Source: an uncultured Verrucomicrobiae bacterium (GTDB lineage: Bacteria; Verrucomicrobiota; Verrucomicrobiia; Chthoniobacterales; Chthoniobacteraceae). Taken from it: DNA of 64,000 nucleotides. Both the position numbers and the translations under genes were made by a program. Below the pieces are notes generated by a model. It was given only the letters and a program-made list of their open reading frames with translations, did not search any database and was not told the DNA's origin. The stretch's first letter is position 1; each line of letters starts with the position of its first letter. The stretch covers positions 640,001 through 704,000 of the forward strand of contig CAWIKF010000002.1 of assembly GCA_963836755.1 (NCBI GenBank), written 5' to 3'. Shown here piece after piece: positions 30,744 to 39,967 of this stretch.

Positions 30744-32692
30744 TTTATTCCCTCGAAGCGCAGAAGACGCGCGCTGTTAAAGATCACGAAGAACGCGCCG
30801 AATTCATGCAAAAAAGCCGCAATGATTGGCGTGATGATGCCGATGCTCGACAGGACGATCGCGGCGATGATGAACAGAAATCCGTAGAGCATATTTTGGT
30901 TGATGATTCGCAGCGCCTTCTCGGAAAGCGCGAGAAAATCCGGGATCCGGCTGAGGTCGCTGGCCATGAGCGCGATGTCGGCGGTCTGGATCGCGACGTC
31001 GCTGCCGAGCGCGCCCATCGCGACACTCAAATGCCCGGCCGCCAGCGCTGGCGCGTCGTTCACGCCGTCGCCGACGACCATGACTTTGTGCCCTTCGTTC
31101 TTGAGTCGATGCACGGTTGCGAGTTTTTGCTCCGGCAAACATTCGGCGGCGAATTCACTGAAGCCGATATTTTTCGCGATGGATTCGGCGACGCTGCGGC
31201 GATCTCCCGTGAGCATGACGAACCGCGCGATGCCTTGGTTGCGCAGCGTCGCGCCGAGGTTTCGTGATTCCTCGCGAAGCGTGTCGCTGAGATAAATGAC
31301 GCCCGCAAATTCGCCGTCCACCGCGATGTGCAGCGCGCTCAGGTCGCCTGCATTTTGATTTTCGTTTTCCATTTTGACCGCGTGTTCCCGCAACCACGCG
31401 GCGCGGCCGACTAGCACTTCGCGGCGGCCAACTTTTCCCGAAACGCCGTGCCCGTGTTTTTCCTGCACGTCCGCGGCTTCGTGAAATTCCAGCGCGCGTG
31501 TGTGCGCGGCCGCGAGCACCGCGCGCGCGACGGGGTGCGTCGAATGCTGCTCGACCGCGGCAGCCAGCGAGAGGATTTCCCGGTCGGGCATTCCGTTGTG
31601 AGCGTGAATTTCCGCGACGCGCAATTCGCCCGTGGTCAGCGTGCCGGTTTTGTCAAAAACGACGGTGTCAATTTCGTTTGCCGCTTCAAAAAAGCGGACG
31701 CTTTTGACGAGGATGCCGAGTCGTGACGCGGAGGCGAGCGCGGCGACCATCGCGGACGGACCTGCCAGCACGAAGGCGCACGGGATGCTGACCACGATCA
31801 CCGAAATCGCTCGCTGCACATCGTGTGTAAAAAAAAGAACGAAGCCCGCGATGAGCAAAATGAGTGGCGAATAATAACGCGCATATTCCTCAGTCAGCCG
31901 GACGATTGGCGCGCGCGTTTGCTGTGCTTCCTCGACGATGTCTTTGACCCGTCCCAACACAGTGTTAGCACCTGTTTTCGTCACCTCCATTTCGATCAAG
32001 CCGGTGAGATTCGACGTGCCTGCGAAAATGTTCGCACCCTCGCCGACCTCGACTGGCAAAGCTTCTCCGGTGATTGTCGCCTGGTTTACGGTGGACCATC
32101 CGCTCAGCACGCATCCGTCGGCGGGAACCGTGTCGCCAGGCCGGATCCGCACCCGATCGCCGGCGCGCAGCGATTCCGCATCGACGAGTTCCTCCTCTCC
32201 GCCGCGCACGCGCCGCGCGCTCGCTCGCGCGAGATGAAGCAGGCTGTTGATGGCCGCATTTGTGCCGAGCATGCTGCGATCCTCGAGCACGTGGCCGAGC
32301 AAAAGAATCACCGCGACGATGCCGGCGGTGACGTAAAGTCCGCTCGCGAAACAGGCCAGCACCGCGAGCGTGATGAACTGGTTCATGTAAAACTCCGTGT
32401 TGTCGGCCTCGCGTGAAAACAGGCCGCGCAGCGCGTCGCGCAAAATCGGAATCGCCGCTAAAACCGCGCCAGCCATTGCCGCGGCGCTTGCCAATTCCGG
32501 TTGCTCCGGCCGCAACCAACGCAACAGCCCGCTGAGTATCAAAAAAACCGCTCCGCAAAAAACAAACAGCAGTCGAAGGCGCAAGCCGCCTTCGCTGTGA
32601 TCATGCCCGCAGCACGCGGGTCCGTGCAGATGCTCGTGATCGTGCGCAGCCTCGTCGTGATGATGATGTTCCTCGATGGCCGTGGCGTTCAT
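30740..32692 (-). CDS. Heavy-metal P1B-type ATPase with His-rich N-terminus and atypical IPC metal motif
   Basis: TGE, DKTGTLT, HP, MLTGD and GDGVNDAP motifs. TM motif VVSIPCAF. Last TM has HEFG. N-terminus EEHHHHDEAAHDHEHLHGPACCGHDH. Confidence 0.93.
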   Translation of the reverse strand: MNATAIEEHHHHDEAAHDHEHLHGPACCGHDHSEGGLRLRLLFVFCGAVFLILSGLLRWLRPEQPELASAAAMAGAVLAAIPILRDALRGLFSREADNTEFYMNQFITLAVLACFASGLYVTAGIVAVILLLGHVLEDRSMLGTNAAINSLLHLARASARRVRGGEEELVDAESLRAGDRVRIRPGDTVPADGCVLSGWSTVNQATITGEALPVEVGEGANIFAGTSNLTGLIEMEVTKTGANTVLGRVKDIVEEAQQTRAPIVRLTEEYARYYSPLILLIAGFVLFFTHDVQRAISVIVVSIPCAFVLAGPSAMVAALASASRLGILVKSVRFFEAANEIDTVVFDKTGTLTTGELRVAEIHAHNGMPDREILSLAAAVEQHSTHPVARAVLAAAHTRALEFHEAADVQEKHGHGVSGKVGRREVLVGRAAWLREHAVKMENENQNAGDLSALHIAVDGEFAGVIYLSDTLREESRNLGATLRNQGIARFVMLTGDRRSVAESIAKNIGFSEFAAECLPEQKLATVHRLKNEGHKVMVVGDGVNDAPALAAGHLSVAMGALGSDVAIQTADIALMASDLSRIPDFLALSEKALRIINQNMLYGFLFIIAAIVLSSIGIITPIIAAFLHEFGAFFVIFNSARLLRFEGIK

Positions 32693-32702
32693 GAAAGTTG
32701 CA

Positions 32703-33842
32703 TCATTCTTCGTCGTCGTTCAGCCGATTTTTTGACGGAGCTGCCGGCGTTTTATTTGATGGCAAAGGTTCGGACGGCAATGGCTCCACGCCAGTCTCAG
32801 GGCCGGGTTCCGCCGGTTCGGCTTGTTCCGCCGGCCTGGACTCGACCGTTTGCCCGATTTGCGGCGCGAGCAGCAATCGCACTTCGCCATTTGCATTCGG
32901 CATCACTGTCGTGATGCGCACCTTCGCGAGAGTGGTCTGAATCATCTCATTATAAAGGCGCGCGCGGATCAGTTGCGGATTCGCCTTGTATTCATGCAGC
33001 AGCGCGAGAAACGCCGACGCCTGCCCCTGCGCCTGCGACACCTGTTCCTGCGCGAACGTATCCGCCGCCGACTTCACGCGATACGCCTCCGCCTGCGCTT
33101 CGGGAATCATCGAAGCGTGATAGCTATTTGCCGGTTCGATCAACGTCTTTGCCTCCACTTTCGCGCTGATCACATCTTGAAAAGCGGCGGCCACCTGCGC
33201 CGGCGGATCAATCTCGCGTGTTTCGATCGCGAGCAATTGCACACCGAGGCCGAGCCGGTCGATCTCCGCCTGCGACAGCCGTTGCGTTTCGCGGCTGACG
33301 AAATCGCGGCGCGTCGTGAGCACATCATCGACCGACATTCCCGCGATCACTCTGCAAACGTTTTGATAAACAACCGCATCGAGCAGCTCATCGCGATCCG
33401 TCGCGCCAAAAACGTAGTCGGCAGCGTTCGAAACTTGATAGCGCGCGGAAAATTTTGCGCGGATGATATTTGCGTCGCCCGTCAACGTGTAAGGATCATT
33501 CACCGGATGCAGCGTCGCGTTGAATTCGAGCGACTGCGGCGACGCATTCGCCGGCTCCGCCCAATCCGCGAGAGTCCGCTCCTGCACGGTTTTCGCGTCG
33601 ATCAAAACCACTTCATCGATCGGTGCCGGCAAAGCGAAAAGCAATCCGGGCGGATGAACTTCCGGCAGCAATTTTCCAAAACGCAGCACCAATCCCGCCT
33701 GGCTCGGGCCGACCATCGTGATGCCCGATGCGAGATAAACCAGCACCAGCGCTGCCATTCCCCAGCGCAGCACGCGGATGCTCGAGCGGAGCGCCGCGAG
33801 GATCGCGTGCGCGGAAAAAAGCGCGTCTTCTTTTTGCTTCAT
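32703..33842 (-). CDS. HflK-like SPFH/band-7 protein
   Basis: N-terminal TM. GLVLRFGK..PPGLLFALPAPIDEV, LTGDANII, PPAQVAAAFQDV and a coiled-coil ending ARLYNE. Confidence 0.88.
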   Translation of the reverse strand: MKQKEDALFSAHAILAALRSSIRVLRWGMAALVLVYLASGITMVGPSQAGLVLRFGKLLPEVHPPGLLFALPAPIDEVVLIDAKTVQERTLADWAEPANASPQSLEFNATLHPVNDPYTLTGDANIIRAKFSARYQVSNAADYVFGATDRDELLDAVVYQNVCRVIAGMSVDDVLTTRRDFVSRETQRLSQAEIDRLGLGVQLLAIETREIDPPAQVAAAFQDVISAKVEAKTLIEPANSYHASMIPEAQAEAYRVKSAADTFAQEQVSQAQGQASAFLALLHEYKANPQLIRARLYNEMIQTTLAKVRITTVMPNANGEVRLLLAPQIGQTVESRPAEQAEPAEPGPETGVEPLPSEPLPSNKTPAAPSKNRLNDDEE

Positions 33843-34759
33843 GGCGCGGCTTTCGCTGGCGCGGGACCCGGCTCTGCGCCTTGCGATTTCAGCAGATCGA
33901 ACGGTTCGGAATTTGTGTCGAGCACGATCGTCGTGTTTTGGTTGACGACTTTTTTCAAAGCCTCCACGTCGCGCTGGAACTTATAAAAATCAGGATCCTG
34001 GCTGTGCGCCGCGGCGTAAATGTGCGCCGCCTCCGCCTCGGCCTTGCCGTGAGTTTCCGCGGAATATTTATTCGCCTCGGCGATGATGACGGTTTTCTCC
34101 GCATCGGTCTGCGCACGGATTGCATCGGCTTCCTGCTGGCCTTCCGCGCGATAGCTCGCGGCGAATTGCGAACGTTCCGCGCGCATCCGTTCAAAGACGT
34201 AACGCGTGTTTACTTCCGGCAGCGTGAGCCGCTGAATCCCGACTTGTTCGATCGAAATTCCAAACGAATCGCGCGCCTGCGCCGAGGTGCTCTGCGCGAT
34301 TTTGTTTTCGATTTCCGTGAGCCGCACTTCGTCCGGATTTACCGAGACAAGCTGGTTGAAATCGTAAGTGCCGAGCACCGTATTTTTGGCGCTGCTGACG
34401 AGGCCGTCGAGTTTGCTGCGTGCATTGTCGACATTGCCGATCGCTTCCAAAAACTTCCGCGGATCCACGACGCGCCATGCGACAAAAACGGGCACGATGA
34501 CATTGCGTTTGTCCTTCGTGAGCGTTTCGGAAATGCGCGTCTGGTAAAAGTTCAGGCGCGCGTCGAATCGGTTCACATTCTCGATCGGCCACGGCCATTT
34601 CAAATAAAGTCCCGGCTGCTCGATGACTCGCGCAGGGCTGCCAAATTCGGTGACGACGACTTTTTCATTCTGCCGCACTTGAAATGCGATCATGAAAAAA
34701 ATGAGCACGGCGACGACGATCAATGCGACGGCGAGGCGGACGAAAATATTGGATTTCAT
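33839..34759 (-). CDS. HflC-like SPFH/band-7 protein
   Basis: VVTEFG..PGLYLKWPWP, TLTKDKRNVIV, WRVVDP, VFERMRAER and DPDFYKFQR are HflC signatures. Confidence 0.9.
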   Translation of the reverse strand: MKSNIFVRLAVALIVVAVLIFFMIAFQVRQNEKVVVTEFGSPARVIEQPGLYLKWPWPIENVNRFDARLNFYQTRISETLTKDKRNVIVPVFVAWRVVDPRKFLEAIGNVDNARSKLDGLVSSAKNTVLGTYDFNQLVSVNPDEVRLTEIENKIAQSTSAQARDSFGISIEQVGIQRLTLPEVNTRYVFERMRAERSQFAASYRAEGQQEADAIRAQTDAEKTVIIAEANKYSAETHGKAEAEAAHIYAAAHSQDPDFYKFQRDVEALKKVVNQNTTIVLDTNSEPFDLLKSQGAEPGPAPAKAAP

Positions 34760-34774
34760 GAATTTGTTTTTTGT

Positions 34775-36589
34775 TTACGGCGGCGGCAGATCGCTTGTGT
34801 TGCGCAGGTCGAGATAAACCTGGTCATGCGCGGCGGCGGGGCCATCGAGAATAACTTTCGTCGGCTTCACGAGCGCGTCCTGCAATGTGTCGAGACGGAT
34901 GCGCGCTCGAAACAAAGCCGGGTTTTCTTCCTCCGATTTTGCAACTGCGAGGAACTGCGAAGTTTCGCCCTCCGCCTGCGCAACGCGTTGTTTCGCATCG
35001 GCATCGGCTGTCACTTTTTCCCGCGTCGCCTGCGCCTTCGCGGCGGGCATCGTGTCCGCGCGATATGCGCGCGCGATGTCGATCATGCTTTCCTTTTGTT
35101 CCTCCGCGCTGACGACTTCCTCATACGCCGGCGCGACGTCCACGGGCGGATGAATGTCTTTCATTCCGACGAACAAAATCTGCAGACCGAGGCCGAGACG
35201 ATCAACTTCACTTTGTAAAACAGTTTTTAACTGTGTGGTAATAGCGGCGCGCTCCGTGGTCATAATTGCAAAGCTGTCGCGCGAGCCGGTGATCTGGATG
35301 AGCTTTCGCTCGGCGAGGCTCGCCAGCGCTTCATCCGGGTCGTTCGTCGTTTGCAAAAAAGCCACCGGATCGGCGATGCGATAAAAGATAGGCACGTTGA
35401 TCGTGAGCAGCGATTCGCCATTGCCGACGAGCAGATTTTTTTCGCCCTCCGCATGTTTTTCCGTCCAAAGCACCGGCCCGCTCAGGTCCTTGTCGAAGCC
35501 GAGCGAAACGCTTCGCACGAGCTCGGTGGGGATGATCTGCACGTCGGCAAACGGCCGCGGCCAGGTGAAATGCAAACCCGGCTGCAGCGGGATCGGTAAA
35601 TATTTTCCGAGCAAAATTTCCACGCCGCGGCTGCCGGCGGGAACCGCTGTGAAGCAGGTGGAAAACCAGACGAGTGCGCCGGTCGCGAGCAGCATCGGCA
35701 CGGCGATTCCGCGGACGAATTCGAAGAACCAAAGCTCGCTGACTTTCGCGCCGACGAGATTTTCAAAGCTCGCGACTGCGGCGCGCCAGCCTTTGCCGTG
35801 GCCGAATCCCGCGTCGAGGAAAAGGCTCGTGCCGGCGGGCGTGCTCACATCGCGCAACGCGACGGGTTGGTAAAATCTCGCACCGAAGCGGACGAGCGTT
35901 TCGGCGGCGAGAACGATCGTCAGCGCGAGCAGCGGCCAGCCGAGAAGCGCGCCAAAATCGCGCGTCGTCATCAAGTCGATAAAGACCACCGCAGCCGTCG
36001 CGAGTGAAACCCAAAACGCGATGTGCGTGAGATGGAGCAGGCCATCAAGCGCAGCGGTTTTTAATCGCGATTGAATGGCATCGGCGAACTGCCGCAGGAA
36101 AAAAAGCATGCATCCCGAGGCGAGCGCGATGACCGCGATCATTTGTAAAACTGAGCGCTGCGCGTTGCCGAGCGCGCCGCCCGCGCTGTCGCGAAAAACC
36201 GCGAAACCGATCATCAGACCGCACACCAAAATCACCCATTGCCAGCGGCTCGCGAAGTCCGGCAGGAAAGGCGTGGCGCTCACCGTGGGATCTGAGCTGC
36301 CGATGCTCTCGCGCTTTTCGAGCTCGCGATTGTATTCGAGATTTCGCCGGTCGCGGACGGCGCTGCGGAAGAAAAAATAATGGATCGCGCCGACGATGCT
36401 GCACCACGCAAAAAAGCTGCCGATGCCCGCCAGCAAAGGATTCGGAGCGGATTGAGCGATCGTGCCGAAGCAGGCCGCCGCGACGATGAACAGCAGCGCG
36501 ATCAGTAGCGCAGCGCGTTGCAGGCGCGTGAGTTCGCTCGCGGTCAACTGCGGACCGCTTTCGATTTTTTCCAAGATTTCGCCTGGCAT
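34775..36589 (-). CDS. HflK-like SPFH protein fused to an N-terminal polytopic (about 7-8 TM) membrane domain
   Basis: About 310 aa of hydrophobic helices, then PGLHFTWPRP, YRIADP, DIHPPVDVAPAYEEVVSAE and a coiled coil. Confidence 0.85.
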   Translation of the reverse strand: MPGEILEKIESGPQLTASELTRLQRAALLIALLFIVAAACFGTIAQSAPNPLLAGIGSFFAWCSIVGAIHYFFFRSAVRDRRNLEYNRELEKRESIGSSDPTVSATPFLPDFASRWQWVILVCGLMIGFAVFRDSAGGALGNAQRSVLQMIAVIALASGCMLFFLRQFADAIQSRLKTAALDGLLHLTHIAFWVSLATAAVVFIDLMTTRDFGALLGWPLLALTIVLAAETLVRFGARFYQPVALRDVSTPAGTSLFLDAGFGHGKGWRAAVASFENLVGAKVSELWFFEFVRGIAVPMLLATGALVWFSTCFTAVPAGSRGVEILLGKYLPIPLQPGLHFTWPRPFADVQIIPTELVRSVSLGFDKDLSGPVLWTEKHAEGEKNLLVGNGESLLTINVPIFYRIADPVAFLQTTNDPDEALASLAERKLIQITGSRDSFAIMTTERAAITTQLKTVLQSEVDRLGLGLQILFVGMKDIHPPVDVAPAYEEVVSAEEQKESMIDIARAYRADTMPAAKAQATREKVTADADAKQRVAQAEGETSQFLAVAKSEEENPALFRARIRLDTLQDALVKPTKVILDGPAAAHDQVYLDLRNTSDLPPP

Positions 36590-36598
36590 GACGCGCGG

Positions 36599-38521
36599 CT
36601 ATTTATCCAAATGCTTCTCCAAAAATGCTTCCATCTTTGTGTAAAAATCGATCCGGTTTTCCGGATTTTCGAATCCGTGACCCTCGTCCATTTTCACCAT
36701 GTATTCGACAGGTCGTCCGTTCTTTTTGAGCGCGGCGACGATCTGCTCGGCCTCGGCGTGATTGACGCGCGGGTCGTTGTAGCCTTGCGCGATGAAGAGC
36801 GGCGCCTTTATTTTATCCGCCGCGAAAAGCGGGGAGCGTGAGCGCAAAAAATCCTTGTCCGTCGCGGGATTGCCGACGCGGCGATACATCACATCGCGAA
36901 AAGTTTCCCAATACGGCGGGATCGTGTTCATGAATGTGAGCAGGTTTGAAATGCCGACGTAATCGACGCCGCACGCGAAGACGTCCGGTCGAAATGCGAG
37001 TGCCGCGAGCGTGGCGTAACCGCCGTAGCTGCCGCCATAAATGCCGATCCGTTTTTTGTCGGCGATGCCGTTGGCGACGATCCAATCGACGCCGTCGATC
37101 AAGTCATCGAGCATCTTGCCGCCCCACTCGCGATCGCCCGCGTGCAGGAACTTTTTTCCATATCCAGTCGAGCCGCGGAAGTTGATTTGCAGCACAGCGA
37201 AACCGCGATTGGCGAGGAACTGAATTTCGGGATCGTAGCCCCAATCATCGCGCGCCCACGGGCCGCCGTGGACGACGAGCACTGTCGGCAGATTTTTTTC
37301 CGGCACGCCTTTTGGCAGGCTCAAGTAGCCGTGAATCGTGAGGCCGTCGCGGCTTTGAAACGAAACCGGTTTCATGTCGACGAGCTCGTCGGGTTTCAGC
37401 CACGGGCGCGGACGATAGAGAAACTTTGAGTCGCCGGTGTCGCGGTCGTAGAGATAGGTCGCGCCGGGATCGGTGGGCGAGTTGAATGCAATGATCCATT
37501 TGCGCTCGTCATCATCGCTGCTGCGAAAGAGCGGCTCGCCGTCATGGATTTTTTGGACGGTCGCAAGATCCTTCGCAAACTGCGGATCAAAGGTTTGATA
37601 GACGACCTTGTCCTTATTGTAAGCGACCGCGAGCAGCTTGTGAGTTTTGTCGCTGATCAGCACATCCTCGATGTCGTAGTGCGGATCCTGCGCGATCAAA
37701 GTTTCCTTTCCCGAATCAATCTCGAGCTTCACGAGCCGCGTCGTGTCGGCGTTGCGCGCATCGGTGAAATATAAAAAAGAACCATCCTCGCTGAATGCCT
37801 GGATCGCCGCATTTTCTTCATCGGTGTAAGTGCCGAGCACGCGGAACGGTCCGGTGCCGGAATCGCGCACGCGGATCTGCGTTTTGCCGCCTTCGATCTG
37901 CGCGGCGCATGCGCGGAGGACGCCATGCGTATCGGCATACCAGCTATCCACATCGCCGGGATTTTTTTCCAAAAGCTGCAGCTCGCCCGTGGAAATCTGC
38001 AGATGGTAAACGTCGAAATATTTCGGGTCGCGCGCGTTGAGCGTGATCAGCGCCTCATCGGGATGCTCGCGCGGAAGATCGATGATTTCTGCGCGCGCGC
38101 CTTTGTGCGGAGTCAGGTCAAGCGCGGGCTTGTCCGGCTGCGAAGGATCGGCGCGATAGAGATGGTAATTTTCATTCCCGCCCTGGTCCTGCTCGTAAAT
38201 CAAATAGCGGCCGTCGCGCGTCCACGAGAAATGAAAAATCCCGCGCTGCGTGTCGTGAGTCACCGCCTTCGCCTTTGCGAAATCATCGCCGACTTCGCAG
38301 ACGAAAACATTCATCCGATTTTTTTCCGGCGCGAGAAAAGCGTAGCGCTTCCCATCCGGCGAAAGATCGGCGCTGCTGATCTTCGGGTTGTTAAAAAAAT
38401 CGGACACCGGAATCTGCGGCGGCTTTTCCATGGCGAAGAGGAGTGACGAGAGACTGCAGACGAGAAGCGCCGCAAAAAAAATCGGACGATGACGCAAATT
38501 AAAATTTTTACAGCGAGTCAT
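36599..38521 (-). CDS. Secreted S9 family (prolyl oligopeptidase/acylaminoacyl) peptidase
   Basis: Signal peptide and beta-propeller. HGGPW, GGSYGG nucleophile, QGYNDPRV (Asp) and DEGHGF (His). Start approximate. Confidence 0.92.
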   Translation of the reverse strand: MTRCKNFNLRHRPIFFAALLVCSLSSLLFAMEKPPQIPVSDFFNNPKISSADLSPDGKRYAFLAPEKNRMNVFVCEVGDDFAKAKAVTHDTQRGIFHFSWTRDGRYLIYEQDQGGNENYHLYRADPSQPDKPALDLTPHKGARAEIIDLPREHPDEALITLNARDPKYFDVYHLQISTGELQLLEKNPGDVDSWYADTHGVLRACAAQIEGGKTQIRVRDSGTGPFRVLGTYTDEENAAIQAFSEDGSFLYFTDARNADTTRLVKLEIDSGKETLIAQDPHYDIEDVLISDKTHKLLAVAYNKDKVVYQTFDPQFAKDLATVQKIHDGEPLFRSSDDDERKWIIAFNSPTDPGATYLYDRDTGDSKFLYRPRPWLKPDELVDMKPVSFQSRDGLTIHGYLSLPKGVPEKNLPTVLVVHGGPWARDDWGYDPEIQFLANRGFAVLQINFRGSTGYGKKFLHAGDREWGGKMLDDLIDGVDWIVANGIADKKRIGIYGGSYGGYATLAALAFRPDVFACGVDYVGISNLLTFMNTIPPYWETFRDVMYRRVGNPATDKDFLRSRSPLFAADKIKAPLFIAQGYNDPRVNHAEAEQIVAALKKNGRPVEYMVKMDEGHGFENPENRIDFYTKMEAFLEKHLDK

Positions 38522-38625
38522 GAATCGGTCGGAAGAATGTGGTTTGAAGTCCATTGATGATTGGCAAGAAGCCTTTGCGACGAAGGATCGCGCGGTCTGC
38601 AAAAAGAGTCCCTGCCGGTAAAATC

Positions 38626-38640
38626 GCAAGAAGCTTGCAT
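38626..38640. promoter_or_regulatory. Putative Zur/Fur-family operator GCAA-N5-TTGCAT
   Basis: GCAAgaagcTTGCAT lies in the divergent intergenic region, about 105 nt upstream of the peptidase start. Confidence 0.5.
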
Positions 38641-38728
38641 TAATCTTCCCGCGAATGAATGTCAACTTTCGACAGGTGCCACGAAAGAAGGAGAGCATCG
38701 GAAAAAACGAGGGTGTTCAAATGTTTCG

Positions 38729-38742
38729 TGCAAGTAAATTGC
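38729..38742. promoter_or_regulatory. Putative Zur/Fur-family operator TGCAA-N5-TTGC
   Basis: TGCAAgtaaaTTGC lies about 52 nt upstream of the fur-family GTG. It differs from the 30113 box at only one of 13 positions. Confidence 0.55.
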
Positions 38743-38793
38743 GTCGCGAAAATTTCACCGTTGAGATTCCGGTAAAGTTCGAGTCAATTACAA

Positions 38794-39246
38794 GTGTCCG
38801 TGAAAAAGAAAGAAGCTGAAGCAAAACTAAACTGGGCAGTGGAGGAGTGCCGCGTGCGAGGACTGCGCCGCACGCACGCCTTGCGCGAACTGCTCCGTTA
38901 CCTTCTCAAAAATAATCGCCCGGTGAACTGGACGATCCTCAGCAATGAACCGGAAATCCGCGCTTGCTGCGATCCATCCAGCGCCTTTCGAGTCTTGGTG
39001 AAGCTCGAAGAGATCGGACTGGTGCGACGCATGGGTTCACCCGATCGCTCCTACTACTTCGTTCTCACGCTTCCGGGCGAACATCACGACTACCTGATCT
39101 GCAAAGGTTGCGGAAAGATCGATGACCTGGACATCAATTGTCCGGTCGAAGTCTTGGAAAAAAAGATCAGCCGGAAGAGTGGCTACAGCGAACTTTACCA
39201 CGAGCTAGACTTCTTTGGGATCTGCCCAAAGTGCCAGGCTGCCTGA
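38794..39246 (+). CDS. Fur family metalloregulator (Zur-like by context)
   Basis: GLRRT..., wHTH, HHDYLICKGCGKI and FFGICPKC (two CxxC). Confidence 0.9.
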   Translation: MSVKKKEAEAKLNWAVEECRVRGLRRTHALRELLRYLLKNNRPVNWTILSNEPEIRACCDPSSAFRVLVKLEEIGLVRRMGSPDRSYYFVLTLPGEHHDYLICKGCGKIDDLDINCPVEVLEKKISRKSGYSELYHELDFFGICPKCQAA

Positions 39247-39437
39247 GGAAAGCCACCGCAGGAACGGCGTTTCTCTTGGTGAAGAGTTCACCAGAGTTGG
39301 TGGTGGAGCGGGCGGTAACTTTGTCAGTCTGAAAATGTTTGCAGAGTCGCAACTCGAAAACATCACCGCCCGCGCTCACTCAACTTATTGGGACAACCCG
39401 GAAGCCAATCGCGAAGCTTCCGAGTAGGTAATGGGTT

Positions 39438-39821
39438 CTACGACGCGGGAGTTGCGGACGCTTCTTTTTTGCGTGCTGCCCAACGGGCTTTCATCGCAGC
39501 GGCCAGCTTTGCGCGGCCTTGAGGAGTAAGACCGCCTTTTTTCTTGGGAGCTTTTTTTGCTGCGGCAGGCTTTGGCGCGGACGCGGTTGCTTTGCCTTTG
39601 ATCTTAGCCCAGCGCGCCTTTGCAGCCGCGGCAATCTTTGCTCGCGAAGCCGCACTCATCTTGCTACGGCGGGCTGTCTTCTTGGCGGGGGCAGATGGAC
39701 TCGAAGTCGAATCCGACCGGCCGAGGAGTTTGTTGAGTTTGTTTTGGAGACTTTCAATCTGCTCGTGGAGGTTAACAGCTTCCTTGAGAGATTGAAGTGA
39801 TAGTGAGGTGGTATTAGCCAT
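39438..39821 (-). CDS. Small basic Lys/Ala-rich protein (candidate nucleoid-associated protein)
   Basis: N-terminal coiled coil plus two copies of RAK(I/L)AAA(A/M)KARWA. Confidence 0.75.
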   Translation of the reverse strand: MANTTSLSLQSLKEAVNLHEQIESLQNKLNKLLGRSDSTSSPSAPAKKTARRSKMSAASRAKIAAAAKARWAKIKGKATASAPKPAAAKKAPKKKGGLTPQGRAKLAAAMKARWAARKKEASATPAS

Positions 39822-39967
39822 ATCGTTGAGCTATAGCTTCTACCTAGCTCGCGTCAATACATTTGTTATAATTCATTAGCACGAGCTTTAGTTCGATTCG
39901 TGACTGAACTATGAAGGCCAGCTTGTCGAAATGAGATCTTGTGGTTAACTGCAGAGCTCTTTCGTCG

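Noticed and set aside
28688..35218. Long plus-strand ORFs 28688-30028, 32823-33986 and 33728-35218
   Set aside because: Antisense to well-supported SBP and SPFH genes; Arg-rich with no motifs.
38564..38578. GCAAgaagcctTTGC as a fourth operator
   Set aside because: The spacer is 7 nt, not 5 as in the other three boxes.
38522..38698. N-terminal extension of the S9 peptidase ORF
   Set aside because: It overlaps the divergent promoter/operator region, and the signal peptide begins only after 38521.
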